A stretch of DNA of 64,000 bases from positions 372,001 through 436,000 of the forward strand of contig CM030336.1 in NCBI GenBank assembly GCA_017654855.1, written 5' to 3'. Shown piece by piece: positions 1-12,956 of the stretch. Each line of letters begins with the position of its first letter. Positions within the stretch are counted from its first letter, which is position 1. The notes beneath the pieces were generated by a model. The model searched no databases. It saw only the letters and a list, made by a program, of their open reading frames with translations, and was not told the DNA's origin. Both the position numbers and the translations under genes were made by a program. This stretch comes from Podospora anserina. Taxonomy: Eukaryota.

Positions 1-1973
1 TTGTGGCTGCCTGCGTAATCGAGGCTGTGCAGGTTGTCAGAAAATAACAATGGTAATGTTACAGTCGTTACTTTGCCCCAAGGGGACTGCAGGCTGAGCT
101 CTCTTCCGCCGGAGGTGTCTTCAGACAAGATCATGATGGTCTCATGCCCGTCGGATAGTTTGCATGAATCGACCACGCTTTGAACCCTCCGGGGCTCACC
201 GGGAACAATAGTGAGGCTGCTTGGGTTTGAGAAACTTTTCATGGCACTTTTTGCTGTGATCTTCTCGTCACGAATATCGACATGGAGGGTCAGAAGCTGG
301 AGTCTCCTGTCGACAGGGTCCTGGATACCAACAAGAAGCATGGCGCGCCCTTGCTCATCCGTGGCAGTAGGAGGGCTAGCAAGTATAAAGACCTTGGAGT
401 GTGTCCTGGCAGGCTTGTCCGATAGAGAGTATCGCAGGTTGGCGTTGTCCATGCTGAAGCTGTGGATCTTGGTAAGCATCATCTCCCGTGTCAGTCCATC
501 AAAGTTGTGATCCTCCAGACCCATACTATGAAACCCCTCAAAATCACCACCAGCACGAAGCTCGTCCAGCAGGTTATCCACCGGCGCTTCATGGAGGCTG
601 TTCAAGTCTCGATTGCCGCTGAAGCTGCCACTGAATATTGAACCGGCATATCCACTACTCATGCGAGCACGCTGGCTCCCCTGGGAGTCTAGCCTCCTGC
701 TTGACTGTTCGGTGAAGGTTGCTCGATCTTGAGATGCAGACAGATCAGCACGAGCCAACAGAGAGCTTACTCGGCGTGACTGCCTCCGAGTAGCATCGTT
801 GCGCTTGTCCGGATCCAAAGAGTTGAGAGCATTGTCCAAGGCCTTTTCGTTTTCCTCGATCCTAACGCTCTTCCTGGTTCTTTTGCCTGGAAGTGGTGCA
901 CCAAAGCTCTCTCTCATGGACGGGTGAATCGGGGTGGCAGCTCCGCTTGGCAGGCCTGGAGCCATAGAACTCCGTCGCCGCGAAGATGATGTTCTCCTCT
1001 TTTTCTTTTTGCTCAGAAATGGGTCCTCATTCTCTAGATAGGTCAGTCGCCAAACTGTGTACATGCCGGCTTCGCGGTTAACGGTAACGGCAATATGCAA
1101 GCCCCCAGCTTCCGATGCCGGTAGATTCGGGAGCTTGACAGACTCTATGTGAAGCATTTCTTCGGCAGGACTGAGAAACAGGGGCCCGGTCGAACCCCTC
1201 CGACCCCTTGGAGGCTTCGTCCGATCTTGCTGTGTCACCACCAGTCCGATTTCCAACAACGGATCCGTCAGGCAAACAAGCCGAGGCCAATGACTTTCAC
1301 TTGTTTCCATAGGAGGTTGCCACATATTTTCCAGTGTCGAGCTGAGTCGGAGGGGCAGTACTTTCGGGTTGCCCAACCCCTCGGTCGAGAACTCGGGCCC
1401 TCGTTGGGTATTAGACGACGATGGCGGCGGCTGGAACGACACGAAGGAGTTGGGCGGTACTTTCGGGAGACGCAACGAAACCGGAGCTGTATTGTTCGCC
1501 CGTGGCTTGCGTTGAATGATGACACCACATGGTGCTGCGCAGGCAGACTCGACTTCGAAGGGCATGTGGACGACATGGCTGGCACCGGAGAGGAAGTAGA
1601 TGTGCGCCTGGGTCTTGAGGAAGACGACGAGAGCTTTCGAGAGGTTGGGCTTTTCGAGGGCCTTCTTCTTTTGCTTGTCGTTATCTCTAGACTGGTGTTC
1701 GGCCGAGGCAGGGAAGTTGGCTAGGAGGGCTTGGGCGATAGGTTCGTTTTCGAGGTCGAATTTGAAGCTCTTTCGAAAGACCCCGCCGCGGGACCAGAGC
1801 ACACAGTTCTTCGTCGTGAGCAATTCATCCTCATATTCGTTGTCACCCTCCTTGCTAAGGCTGATGTCCCACGTGTAGGTAGATGGAGGCGGGTCGGGGT
1901 CGAGTATCCCTTCTTGAATGGCGTGTCGCAAGCCGGTGGGCTGATGCACCCCGAGTGAAGCAATCGAGGCCAT
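1..1973 (-). CDS. APC1: Anaphase-promoting complex subunit 1 (APC1/BimE), 5' part; the gene runs off the left edge
   Basis: Absent from the ORF track, probably because no stop lies in the window. The ATG at 1973 gives MASIASLGVHQPTGLRHAIQEGILDPDPPPSTYTW...DELLTTKNCVLWSRGGVFRKSFKFDLENEPIAQALL, typical of the N-terminus of fungal APC1/BimE. Spot checks at 359 (DEQGRAMLLVGIQDP) and at position 3 are in the same frame. Confidence 0.85.
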   Translation of the reverse strand, partial: MASIASLGVHQPTGLRHAIQEGILDPDPPPSTYTWDISLSKEGDNEYEDELLTTKNCVLWSRGGVFRKSFKFDLENEPIAQALLANFPASAEHQSRDNDKQKKKALEKPNLSKALVVFLKTQAHIYFLSGASHVVHMPFEVESACAAPCGVIIQRKPRANNTAPVSLRLPKVPPNSFVSFQPPPSSSNTQRGPEFSTEGLGNPKVLPLRLSSTLENMWQPPMETSESHWPRLVCLTDPLLEIGLVVTQQDRTKPPRGRRGSTGPLFLSPAEEMLHIESVKLPNLPASEAGGLHIAVTVNREAGMYTVWRLTYLENEDPFLSKKKKRRTSSSRRRSSMAPGLPSGAATPIHPSMRESFGAPLPGKRTRKSVRIEENEKALDNALNSLDPDKRNDATRRQSRRVSSLLARADLSASQDRATFTEQSSRRLDSQGSQRARMSSGYAGSIFSGSFSGNRDLNSLHEAPVDNLLDELRAGGDFEGFHSMGLEDHNFDGLTREMMLTKIHSFSMDNANLRYSLSDKPARTHSKVFILASPPTATDEQGRAMLLVGIQDPVDRRLQLLTLHVDIRDEKITAKSAMKSFSNPSSLTIVPGEPRRVQSVVDSCKLSDGHETIMILSEDTSGGRELSLQSPWGKVTTVTLPLLFSDNLHSLDYAGSH

Positions 1974-2474
1974 AGTTTTGTTGTGTTTGGTGCTGTCCTG
2001 TTTCCCTCCTCAAATTATACAAAAGGTCGAGTGCCGGGTAATGGTTGAAGGTAATTGCTGGCGATCCATTTCCTTCAGTCCAGTCGCTGGAAAGAACAGC
2101 CTGGAAATGATCTTCTTTCTTCGTCTTGTCTTCAGAGGGCCGCAATGCCCATCGCAGGGCAGTCAGTAGGTCAAGAGCACTGTATCCCAGAAAGCGCGTC
2201 CGAGAGCCTGGAACCCGCGTCTGGGGGTCGCAAGGCTGCCCAATGAATATCCCCACTTTGAGGGGCAGCTGTCTATTGGTCAAAGCTTACCCCAACCACT
2301 GCAGGGACCGCCGTTTAAGCTCTGACGTAGCTTTTGGCCGCGCCTAAAGCTTCCCGAAGCAACTCAACAAACACTCGGCTCCCCACAGGCAACCTGAACC
2401 CCATAGCCATACGACCCTCGCTCTGCGCCCTGCTCCAAACCCGCCATGAAGTTGCTGCCGTCGCCTGAATCAAC

Positions 2475-5400
2475 ATGACAGGAAGCTCGCCACAGCCCGG
2501 CGACAACGATCCCCACCATGACAAGAGCCCGACCGAGTCCAGCAGCGCTGGTGTAGCGCTCAAGCACCCACCAGCCAGCGACGCAACAACAACAGGCCCA
2601 ATGGAGGAGTTCAGGGTTAACACAGGCGCTGGCGCAACCTCTGACGATGAAACCGATGACACATTAGAGCAGTCTAGTGATGAGGATGGTGAAAGGGAGG
2701 AAGAGGGCGAGGAAGAGGCAGAAGAGGGCGAGGAAGAAAGCGAGGATGAAGATGAGGAGCCAAAGCTCAAGTACGCGCGATTGACCCAACACCTCGGGCC
2801 CCTTTACCGCAATGGAGATGCGACAAGCACCTTTCTAGTTGCTGGAGACAAACAGATCATAGGAACACATAATGGAAACATCGTCGGTATCCCTAACCTG
2901 CATTGGCACGAAATGGTGTGACTGACCGCCTAAACCAGCATGTTATTCAACTCCCTGTTTTCCAACCATTACGAGTCTATCATGCCCACTCAGCCTCTGT
3001 TACAGCCGTTTCCATCTCCCCATACCCTCCACCACTGTCGACGCTCAGACCCGATGCCACCCCGAAAGCTACTCCAAGTAGCCCTCGAAGACCGGGTTCA
3101 TCTATCGGCGAAGGCCATGTTGTCCCAACACCACCACCGAGAAGGGCCACCCAACTCCAAAACACAGTGCCGAATACCCCGTCCAACAATATTTACATTG
3201 CTACCTCGTCGATGGATGGAAATGTCTGTGTACAGTCTCTGGTCGATGTCAAGGATGTGTCGCTGCGCAACTTTGCTCGCCCTATCCAAGCCGTCGCTCT
3301 GTCTCCAGACTACAAGCACGACAAGACATATCTTTCTGGCGGGTTGTCGGGTCAGCTAATTCTGACGACGGGTGCGCCGCTCGGTCGAAGTACTGCCACA
3401 ACAACGGGGGCAGCTGCGCAGGCGGCAGGTTGGCTTGGTGGCATGGTCGGCGCCAGCACAGGAAAAGATACCGTTTTGCACTCTGGCGAGGGAACTATCA
3501 ACACCATCAAGTGGTCTTTGTCGGGAAAATACGTCGTCTGGCTGAACGAACATGGCATCAAGATCATGCGTACAAAGCTTCATCTGGAGAGCGCCGATGC
3601 AGACGATGCCTGGAAGCGCATCGGCCACATTGATCGGCCTCAGACGGCAGAGTGGGAGACTATGGCCAGCGTGTGGAAGGGAAGGGCTGAGTGGATCGAC
3701 GAGCAAGCCGTCGAGCCTGATGAGCCTGAGAAGGAATCTCATGAAGTCCTCCTTTCGCCAGCTGCGGAAAGACTGAAACAACAGCAGGTCAAGCACAGCA
3801 AGACGATAGAGCGTCTCTTGGTTGGTTGGGGTGGGACCATCTGGATCATACATGTTCACCCCGGGGGCGTCGGCGTTGGAAAGCATGCCGGGGAGAAGTC
3901 CGCTGGCCGGGCAGAGATTGTAAAGTTGTAAGTTATCCTCCGCCCGTTGCCCTTTTCTCAATTGTGTTTGCTGACCCCTCAGACTTCGTATGGATTGCAT
4001 TATTTCTGGCATTTCGTTATATACCCAAAACTTGATATTAGTTCTCGCCTATTGTTTGCCGGACGACGACGACGCCAACGACCAAGACGACGGTACCGCG
4101 GCTCGCGGCCACAAGCACACATTATCCAGTGGTAGCGAGCCATCAGGCGGAATTCGTCGCAAGCAAAACAACCAGCCTCCCGAACTGCGGCTGATCGATC
4201 TCACTTCTCAGGCAGAGGTCGACAAAGATGGCCTGACGCTCAGCCGGTTCGAAAGGCTTTCGTCCAATGACTACCACCTTGGTGTCTTGCCAGCTCAAAC
4301 AGTGGCTGCTGCTGCCTCTAGTAGGGGCGCCCTGGAGACGTTGGCTGGGCTGGGCACTGAGATGCTCAACGCGGCTCTCAACCCTATCTCTCTCTTCAGC
4401 TCAGGTGCCAGTATCAGAAGCAAGGACAGCAACGAGGGCACATCGCCTGTCAAGATTGCTGCCGCGTCGGCTCTCTTGCGATCAAAGGGTGGATCTGTGC
4501 ATCCAAATCTCACCAAACCCGGAGTCAAGATCTTTATACATAGTCCGTATGACTGCATCCTCGCGACAAGGAGAGATTTGGGGGATCATCTGTCGTGGTT
4601 GTTGGAGCGACAGCAGTACCAGCAAGCATGGGAGCTTGTCAACGAGCACCCCGAGATCATGTCGACGGCTGTCGACACGAGCCCATTATCGCCGGACCAT
4701 ACTCAGACAACTGACGACTTTTACGATGAGACCGCTTCCCTTGCCGAGGGAATGCAATCGATGTACTCGGCGGCAGAAAAGGAAAAGAGGCGGATCGGCG
4801 AACTGTGGCTGCAAGAGCTGGTTGAGGCTGGCGACTGGGTACGAGCTGGACAGACCTGTGGAAAGGTTTTGGGAACTCCGGACCGCTGGGAGAAGTGGGT
4901 GTGGACATTTGCTGGGGCGAACAAGTTTGACGAGATTGTCAATCACATCCCTACCGAGCGGACACGGCCCCCAATCCCGGGAACCATCTACGAGGTTGTG
5001 CTTGGGCATTACCTCGAGACGAGCAAACCCCAGTTCCGCGAGCTTTTGGAGAGATGGTCTCCTGACTTGTTCGAGATTACCACCATCACGACAGCCTTGG
5101 AGAACCAGCTCAACTACCGAGAAGTGAGGGAAGACAGCGTGGAGGATGGCGAGGTTGGGCGCGACTGGCGCATCGTGATGGAGAGTCTTGCCAAGCTTCA
5201 TGAAGCCAACGGCAGGAATAGGGAGGCTCTCAAATGCTACATCAAGCTGCAGGATGCGGACAACGCGATGAGGTTGATCAAGGATGGGCATTTGGCTGAT
5301 GCCGTGGCGGATGACATCCCTAGCTTTCTCACTCTTCGTGTTCCTCAAGGTCAGGCCAAGATGTCGAATGATGAGCTGGAACAGGCGACTCATGAGGCGA

Positions 5401-5713
5401 TTACCCTGCTGGTGGACGAGGCACAGCATGGACTGGTCAAGCCGGATGTTGTGGTGGAGCAGCTCCAGGAGAAGAAATTGGATCTGTACACGTTCTTTTA
5501 TCTTCGGGGTTTATGGCGGGGGCAGGGGATTCACGAACATAGCGGGGAGTCGAGGGCGAGGCTTGTGACCGACAGTCAGTCTCTGGTGGACAATTTTGCT
5601 GATTTGGCGGTGCATTTGTTTGCAAAGTATGACCAGGGACTGTTGATGAGCTTTCTCAAGACTTCGACTGCGTATGCGTTTGAGGAGGTGAGGTTACTCC
5701 ATCTGTCCCCTTT

Positions 5714-5750
<37 letters not shown>

Positions 5751-6603
5751 AGCATGCTAACCGTCTTTTTTTTAGGCCGTCAAAGAATGCGATCGATACG
5801 ATTACATCCCCGAGCTAGTCTACCTGTACTCCAAGACTGGGCAGATGAAGCGCGCCCTGACGCTCATTATTGAACGGCTGGGCGATGTCAGCCGCGCGAT
5901 TGCTTTTGCCAAGGAACAAGACGATCCTGATCTTTGGGAGGATCTGCTCGAGTATAGTATGGACAAGCCCCGGTTCATTAGGGGGTTGCTTGAGGAGGTC
6001 GGGACGGCGATCAATCCCATCACTCTTGTCAGACGGATTCCAGAGGGGCTGGAGATTGATGGTTTGAGGGAGGGGCTGAAGCATATCATGAAGGAGCATG
6101 ATATCCAACACAGTATCAGCTCGGGCGTGGCAAAGGTGTTGAGGAGTGAGGTGGCGGCGGCGCAGAATTTGCTGAGGAGTGGGCAGAGGAAGGGGGTGAA
6201 GTTTGAGGTTGTGGTTAAGGGGGGCGATCATGCTGATGTCAGGGCGAAGGATGTGCCTACTGTTGTTGGGGAGAAGCATGAGGTTGTTGATGATGGGGTT
6301 GATAATGAGGAGGTGCCTAAGCCGCCGGGGAAGAAGTGGGCGTCGGGGCATTGTGCGGGGTGTTGTGAGGCGTTTACGGAGTGGGAGATGGAGACGTTGG
6401 TTGGGTTTGCCTGTGGACATGTGTATCATTTGTCGCATTTGCTGGAGAAGATGCACCCGGGGGAGAGGGTGGATCAGAGCTTGGTGAGTGCGGTTGGGGA
6501 GAGTGTGTCGCATCGGATAGGGGCCAAGGTGACGCATGCGATGTTGTTGAGGGACAAGATTGCGGGCGGGTGTCCTGTTTGCAAGGAGGCGGAGGAGACG
6601 TGA
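2475..6603 (+). CDS. VPS41: Vacuolar protein sorting 41 (HOPS subunit), 4 exons
   Basis: Acidic N-terminus then EEPKLKYARL, a WD40-like propeller, clathrin-repeat helices (QDDPDLWEDLLEYSMDKPRFI) and a C-terminal RING-like motif (CAGC...CGHVYH...CPVC). GT-AG introns at 2883-2938, 3928-3982 and 5688-5775 join the track ORFs in frame. Confidence 0.93.
5717..5746 (+). repeat. (GT)15 microsatellite inside VPS41 intron 3
   Basis: A perfect GT run, seen directly. Confidence 0.95.
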
Positions 6604-6743
6604 TTTCAAAGATGAAGTACATATATTTTGGCCTGGCTACATAACAATGAGTTGGTTTCATGGACAGCTTTCCGTGTGCAAGGTGTTTTGGCTCATCTAA
6701 TCAATTACTTTTTTTGTCAATTCATATCTCATTATCCAGAAAT

Positions 6744-7468
6744 TTAACCCTGAACCCTCTTCTCAACAAAAGTCACCTCCCCAAAGTGCTTCTTCACCTC
6801 GGGCACCTCCAACAAACCCTTGAGGTACCCCTCCACAGAAGGCGCCTGCTTTCTCATCTCCCCGTCAAACAAGAACTTGCTCGCGAGAGTCATGGGCCCC
6901 AAAACAGCCAAATCAGCCAAAGTCAACTGGTCACCAACAAGGAACTTTCGCCCATCCTTGACCGCCTCCTCAAGCCTCTTGACGGCTCTCTCAAGGTTGC
7001 CAGCGCACTGGTTATACCTTGCCTCGTCATAAGGGATCATTTTGGCCAAGACCATCAAGAGAGGGGGGATGGTAGCGCCGGAGAGCTCAGACTCGCCAAA
7101 GAGAGCCCATTGCTCGATCAAGGCGGAGGTCTTGGGGTCAGCACCGAGGAGCTGGGAAGAGGCGGGGCCGGAGGAGGCGATGTAGCGCGCGATGGCGAGA
7201 CCTTCGGTTAGGTGGAAGGTGTCGTCTGCGGAGGAGAAGGCGGGGACTTTGCCGAGGGGGAATTTGGAGAGGAAGGAGGGGTCTTTGTTTGTGACGCCCA
7301 TTTGGAAAGAAGGGAACTCCAACTCGACATTGTTGAGGTCGGCGGCGACTTGGGCCTGGGAGGGGGTTTAGTATCATGAGGGGAGGGGGCAACATGGGGG
7401 AAAGGGGGACGTACGATGTGGACGCGGTAGTTGCCGGGGTAGGAGTAGATCTTGCCGATGGGTGCCAT
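6744..7468 (-). CDS. Glutathione S-transferase, EF1B-gamma N-terminal-like family (2 exons)
   Basis: MAPIGKIYSYPGNYRVHI, intron 7356-7414, then AQVAADLNNVELE...FLSKFPLGKVPAF...LTEGLAIARYIA...FLVGDQLTLADL. These are GST N- and C-domain motifs of the EF1Bgamma type; the EF1G C-terminal domain is absent. Confidence 0.85.
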
Positions 7469-8160
7469 GGCTGCGGTTGTGTGTGAGATGTCAAAGAGTA
7501 TGAAGAGAGAGCAGAGATGATGTTGCGAGATGTTGAATGAATTGCGTGACTTGGTTCCAAGGACTATAAACATGAGACTGAAAAGGGAATGAGATGGGCC
7601 ATATATATATATAGCACTGAGCCTGGACGCCACTTGGCAACGGCTGTATACAGCGGTAGCTCAATCGAAGTCAAATGAACCCACGGCTCAAGTGCTCAAC
7701 CCCTCCATCAAGCTACCACGACTGTCGTAATCTGTGACACCAAGCCATCCTATCTTTCTCCAATCTCCACTCTTGTTAGTGTACAGCTTGCAAAAAGGAC
7801 GGATGGGACGACGGCTAACAGCACATCAGAGCCATTTGTCCCACAAGCTGTTTCACCGTTGTCCCCTTCGCTTTCCGCGCTGTTCGAGAAGATTCGCCAT
7901 GGTTGCGGTCCAAGTGGGATATTCTGACAAATCCATGGCTTGGAGGAGCTAAGTGGAGCTTATAGATGCCCCAAAAACTGTCTGCTTGTGCAACGGGGGA
8001 AAATAAACAATGATCCGTACACTTGCATGCGATGGCTTGTTTACCTTTTTCACTTCACTGCCGCTTCGCCGAGCTCTATCGGAACAAGGTAGTGAGAGTA
8101 AAAAAAAACTTAAAAAATGACACAAAGATTCAAGGTGAAAAAGAAATGCAAAAGAAGCTG

Positions 8161-8245
8161 TGGACGAGCTGGGAATCGAACCCAGGACCTTTCGCATACA
8201 GGTGGGTATGCTAAGCGAACGCTCTACCAACTGAGCCACACGCCC
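8161..8245 (-). tRNA. tRNA-Ala (anticodon AGC) with a 12-nt intron
   Basis: Reverse complement GGGCGTGTGGCTCAGTTGGTAGAGCGTTCGCTT-AGC-A[TACCCACCTGTA]TGCGAAAGGTCCTGGGTTCGATTCCCAGCTCGTCCA. It has the G3:U70 Ala identity pair, A and B boxes, an intron at the canonical 37/38 position and a downstream T-run. Confidence 0.96.
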
Positions 8246-10119
8246 TGATTGGATGGCCTTGCACTTTGGACATTCGCCCTAACACAATTCAAAGTACCAA
8301 AGACTCCCTTGGGTGTTTAACCTCCTGAAGTATGAAATTATGAATAATGAGGCTAAAGTACACAAACATGGCACCTATTGATAGAGTCGTCAGAAGGCGC
8401 TTGTACCGTTCTACACCTTCAGGAATATTCCAACTGAAAGCACACAAGTGGCTGAAGGCTAGGGGCGCTCAGTGGCCCGTAGCTATGCTCTTCGCTCTTT
8501 AACCATCTTTTCGAAGAAATATCTCAATCCAACTGCGGTAGAATCACATGGCCACAGAGATCCAGCGGTTTCAAGAAGCTTCCGGCCGACGAGCGCCAGC
8601 GAATCTGCACTCAAGATCTAAATACGAGTTAAAACCAAATCGAAATTCAAAGTTTCCCTACCTACCTGTGACTATAACAAAGCCCATTTACGGACTGCCG
8701 CTTGCGCTCGCATTGACATTTCTAGATGGACTGAGGATTATCAGCCTGCTACACGATAACACGGAGCAGGAGGGCGAACTTGGATGTGTGAGCGGTGGGT
8801 GGAAGAGTTCTCGGTCTGTCCTGTGCGCAAGCTGTTCTGCCTATGCGTTTAATGATGGGTTACGCTATGAAACGAGGTTATTTGGTGGCTGAAAAGATCG
8901 CCTGGCAGCAGGTCTGCAGCTGGTTGAGCTCGTGGAGCTCTTGCTCATACTGCTCCCAATATTTTGTAACCTGCGCCTTTGCCATCGGTTAGCACCATTC
9001 AAAGTACCCTAGGTATCCACCCGAACCAAGCAATCTTGCATACCTATTCGAATGTCACCAACATCCAATCGAACTAAGAGACTTTTGTCCTGGGCAAAAA
9101 GGTGAGAGTCTAAAAACATCCCGAGGCCGTGAACAGTTGGCGCCCACTTTCGGAGTGCTCGGAACCTATCGGATCTTCAAGAGCAAGATGGTGGAGGGTG
9201 AAACATAAAAACGAGATGCATGATGGCCGTCTCCGATGTCAGGTCCGGTACTACTTAAAACCTGGCCGATTCCAAGGCCACATCACTTGCCTCCGATGAG
9301 ACAATCATCAACCATTGGAGCAGTTGCTTAGGTATATGGTCAAAAACACAAGAAATCTATAAACTGGCCTCATTTCAGAGTCAAAATACCTCACCAGAAA
9401 TGTCCAAAGACAACAGTCTCCTTTCGAAGACCTCGGAGAATCACCACCGCTAGAACCTATTACTCTAGAATCATGTCTCCCACGAAGCTAGATCCGGTAT
9501 ATGTCGTGATGACAATTCTGTCATCATTCTCAGCTTCCGAGCTTATCCTTACTTCTCCATGTCACACCACAATTGCACCAGAGACACTCCCAGCAACTGG
9601 AATTCCTACCATCGAACTGGCAATAATCATGCCAACACCACCGAGTGCCTCCTCACACATTCAGACTTCAAACTTGACAATCCAAATGAACTGGCTCGGG
9701 GGTGTAGGGTGGACAAATATGGACGACAAGCTGGACACTTTCACGATGGGGGTAAGAGTCACCACCCCAACATCAACAGTTTCGGCAATTGGGCCATTGC
9801 CAACGCCCATAGTAATTGCTACGGCTTCGGCTTTATGAGACTTCCATGGTCAGAGGGCGGTGCTTTGGTCTTTGCTACCTTACCGAGGTGGGTGGGTACC
9901 TAGCTAGCTGAGGTTAATTACAACGCACCTGGTATCTTTGTCTCCCTTAATCACCTGACACTCTATGTAGGGCTAGTCTATACCGGAAAATGACTTCGCA
10001 GAAACAATGAGCACACAAATCAGAGAGCTGGGGGTAGGGGAGGTGTCAGAGGCATAGGTTGTCATGTGTTACAGGGTATAAACTAAGCCGCTACTCCATC
10101 GTGTCAATATCCATCCCAT

Positions 10120-11593
10120 TTACGTGTACCAAGTAGGCTCAGGGTGCTCCCCGAGCAAGACATATCTTCCCAGCTCTCGGTTCTTGTAAGCCACCGGATC
10201 GTGCAGAGTGTGGGTTCTGATATCTCTCCAGAATCTGTCCAGCCCAACCTTGCTGGCAGTTGCCCTGGAGCCAGTCACTTCAAACACTCCCGCTGTCACC
10301 CGAAGACCAACATCGGTGGTGACAACCTTGACGGAGGCAACCAACTCGGCCCATTCACCACGCTCCTCGATGGGGAAGGCGGCTCGGTTGTTCTGGTAGG
10401 TGCCATAGATGCGGTCAGCTTCGGCCCCAGCCTGGTTGGCAAGGGCCTCGGCAGCACGGAGGTGGGCGAAGAAGTTGCCGTAGGTGGAGAGGATGTAGAA
10501 CTCATCGGTGGCCTTCTCCTTGTTCTGTTTTGGCAGGTTAGGCGTTGTTTTCTATCTATTGTGGGAAAGAATGGTACTCACGTCGCCGCCGTATGGCCAC
10601 GCTCTTGTGCTGGTTGTGGTGTACTTCTTGGCAAAGTCCAAGGCGCCGAGGGCGATGCCAAGGTAGAAATTGCTGAACACGAGTTGAATACTGCATTGTG
10701 TTAGTATCAGAACAAGACAAATGGTTGTAAAGGTAAACCTACGTAGGAAGCAAGAGAGCGGGAAAAGGAATGCCCAGCACAGCCGGGTCAGGCTTCTTGG
10801 TCGCCACATCCCAACCAAGAGCATCAGTCCATGGGGCGGAGATGCCTTCAATCTTGGCGCTACCAGACTCCGTCAACCTCAAACCAACATTGTCCCAGTT
10901 GTAGTGGAACTGAATGCCAGCTTGGGCAGTAGGAACGATGGCAAAAATATGCTCTTCAGGTCTGTCATGAATGGCACCCTCGAGGACGATCAGATCAGAG
11001 ACAGCGGCGCCAGTGGTGAAGTTCTTGAAGCCGTTGTAGGTGATGTTGGAGTCATCGTATGTGATCTTGAGGTCATTGTCTCTTGGGTTGACAGCGCCGC
11101 CGACGTAGTAGTTGTTTTCAATGATGAGCTTCTGGAACCGTTCGGCCTGCTCATCATTGCCGACCACGTGGGCTGTTCGTGACCACAAGAGGTGGTATCC
11201 AAGCAACATGCCAATGGAGCTACATCATGTGTTAGGCTTCAAACGCTTGCCATGGGGAAGTGAAGAGGAAACATACCCGTCGCCTTTGGCAACTTCTCTG
11301 ATGACCTTATAGCCGACACTCCATGGTTGCTCACCACCACCGTACTTCTTTGGGCCGAGAACCTTCAAAAGCCCAGAGTGCTTGAGAAGAGCAACCTCGG
11401 CTTTTGGGGATTTGTTGGCTTTCTCACGAGCAGCAGCATCAACCGACAAAACAGCCGCAACTTCACGAGCACGCTCAAGCCAGCCTTGAGCATCAGTGGG
11501 ATAGGTCGCCCATTTCGACTCGTACTCGGCGTAGACTGCTGGGTCAGTGGCGGAAGGAGCCTGGCTGATGACAGGAACCACTGGAGTGGCCAT
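10120..11593 (-). CDS. Acyl-CoA-dehydrogenase-fold flavin-dependent monooxygenase, DszC/SfnB/MsuC-like (4 exons)
   Basis: Motifs LKHSGLLKVLGPKKYGGG, VIREVAKGDGSIGMLLGYH, WDNVGLRLTESGS and the C-terminal LDRFWRDIRTHTLHDPVAYK, characteristic of the DszC/SfnB family. Introns at 11220-11276, 10691-10742 and 10525-10581 splice in frame. Confidence 0.88.
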
Positions 11594-12956
11594 TGTGGTG
11601 TGCTTTTTTGTGAGGGACACGGTGTAGGGGTATCAAAAGGCTTGAAAATAGTGGTGGGAATGGCAGAAAGAGCCTGTTGACGGTAGACTGAAGAGTTACA
11701 TGTTGAGAATGTGAGTAGTATGCCCTCTTCTTATACTAAGGCTCATAACCTTCCACATCAACGCCATCATGCCCTTCGGGTATCCCTCTGCTGCTGCCAT
11801 GGCGACCACATCGATTGTGCTTCCCATCTCGTCACGAAAACTCCCGATTGGTATTGCGAATAAAGCCTCCAGAATTCCGTGAGTCGCTTTTCTGGTAAGG
11901 ATACGCTTGTAAGCAGCAGGTGATACTCTTCCCGCCCCGAAATCAAACAAAAGACGGCTCTACCCGGCGCTATTGGGATTGAAGGCCTGCGTGTTTCAGA
12001 GCACACCACAAGCCATGGGCAGCAAATGGCGACTAAGAAGAGCAACCAAGACCCTTAATCCCAGCAGGCTGCGTAGTATCATGCTCATTGAGATCTTGGT
12101 GTCTTAGATGGATTAGATTGATTCGATGGGTTAACGATCTGACATGTTTGGCGTGCTTCAACCTCCTGCTGCCGCCGATCTAGGACTCCAGCCAGTCGTC
12201 AACGCCCTTCAAGATGACGCCACAGGTCCCAAAAATGATAACAGAGCTACCCGCAGCTGAGGGATGCAGGAAGGAGCCGCTTTGGAAGCTACCACTGCGA
12301 TGGAGCTTTGAGCTTTCTCTCGACTTACACCTGCTGTCCAATTATCTTCGCTGGCTCCACCTCCGTCCTGGCCGTGAACCCCCCCGTGCGCACCACCCCC
12401 CTCTGCTCAAGCACAAGCAGCAAACGAGCACACTCCGAATTTCCGAACGTCCGCGACGCTTTCAAACAGTTCTTTTTCTTCATTACAGTGATGGTCATTG
12501 GAAGACTGAAGCTAAGATCCAGTCTGCCAGCTCCGCCTTGCTAGTCGATTGCGTGCTGGGGGTCCGCATTCCCCACGCCAAGACCAGGCCGATCAACCGA
12601 GATCCTCCCCAACTCTATGCTCTTGGCGCATGGCATAATTGCCTTGCGCGATGACGGGATGCGCTCACATCTCAGTCAAGAGAACTGCCCAACTTTTTGC
12701 GGGGGCCCCAAGTGTATAAGAGCGAGCAGGATGTTTAGAGGATTGCCCAAACCAGTTGCTGAATTGCGTGATCGACCCGGTCTTGTTTCTTGAACGCGAG
12801 ATAGTCGAGACGTCAAGAGATCTTATCTTGCAGCTTGCTTGGGCCAACGCTACTCATCTTGGACGTCTTTGTTTTCAACACCCCTGAGTTAGCCCCTTTC
12901 CGTCTCCCTACCAACACACACACAACAACAGCAACCACCACCACCACAAAGCAACA

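Noticed and set aside
211..1958. Several plus-strand ORFs (e.g. 1149-1724)
   Set aside because: They lie antisense to APC1, whose frame the track missed.
7949..8239. 96-aa ORF beginning MAQLVERSLS
   Set aside because: It is a translation of the tRNA-Ala gene.
9473..9903. Two overlapping plus-strand ORFs of about 115-120 aa
   Set aside because: No motifs, and the trial splice I tested hit an early stop.
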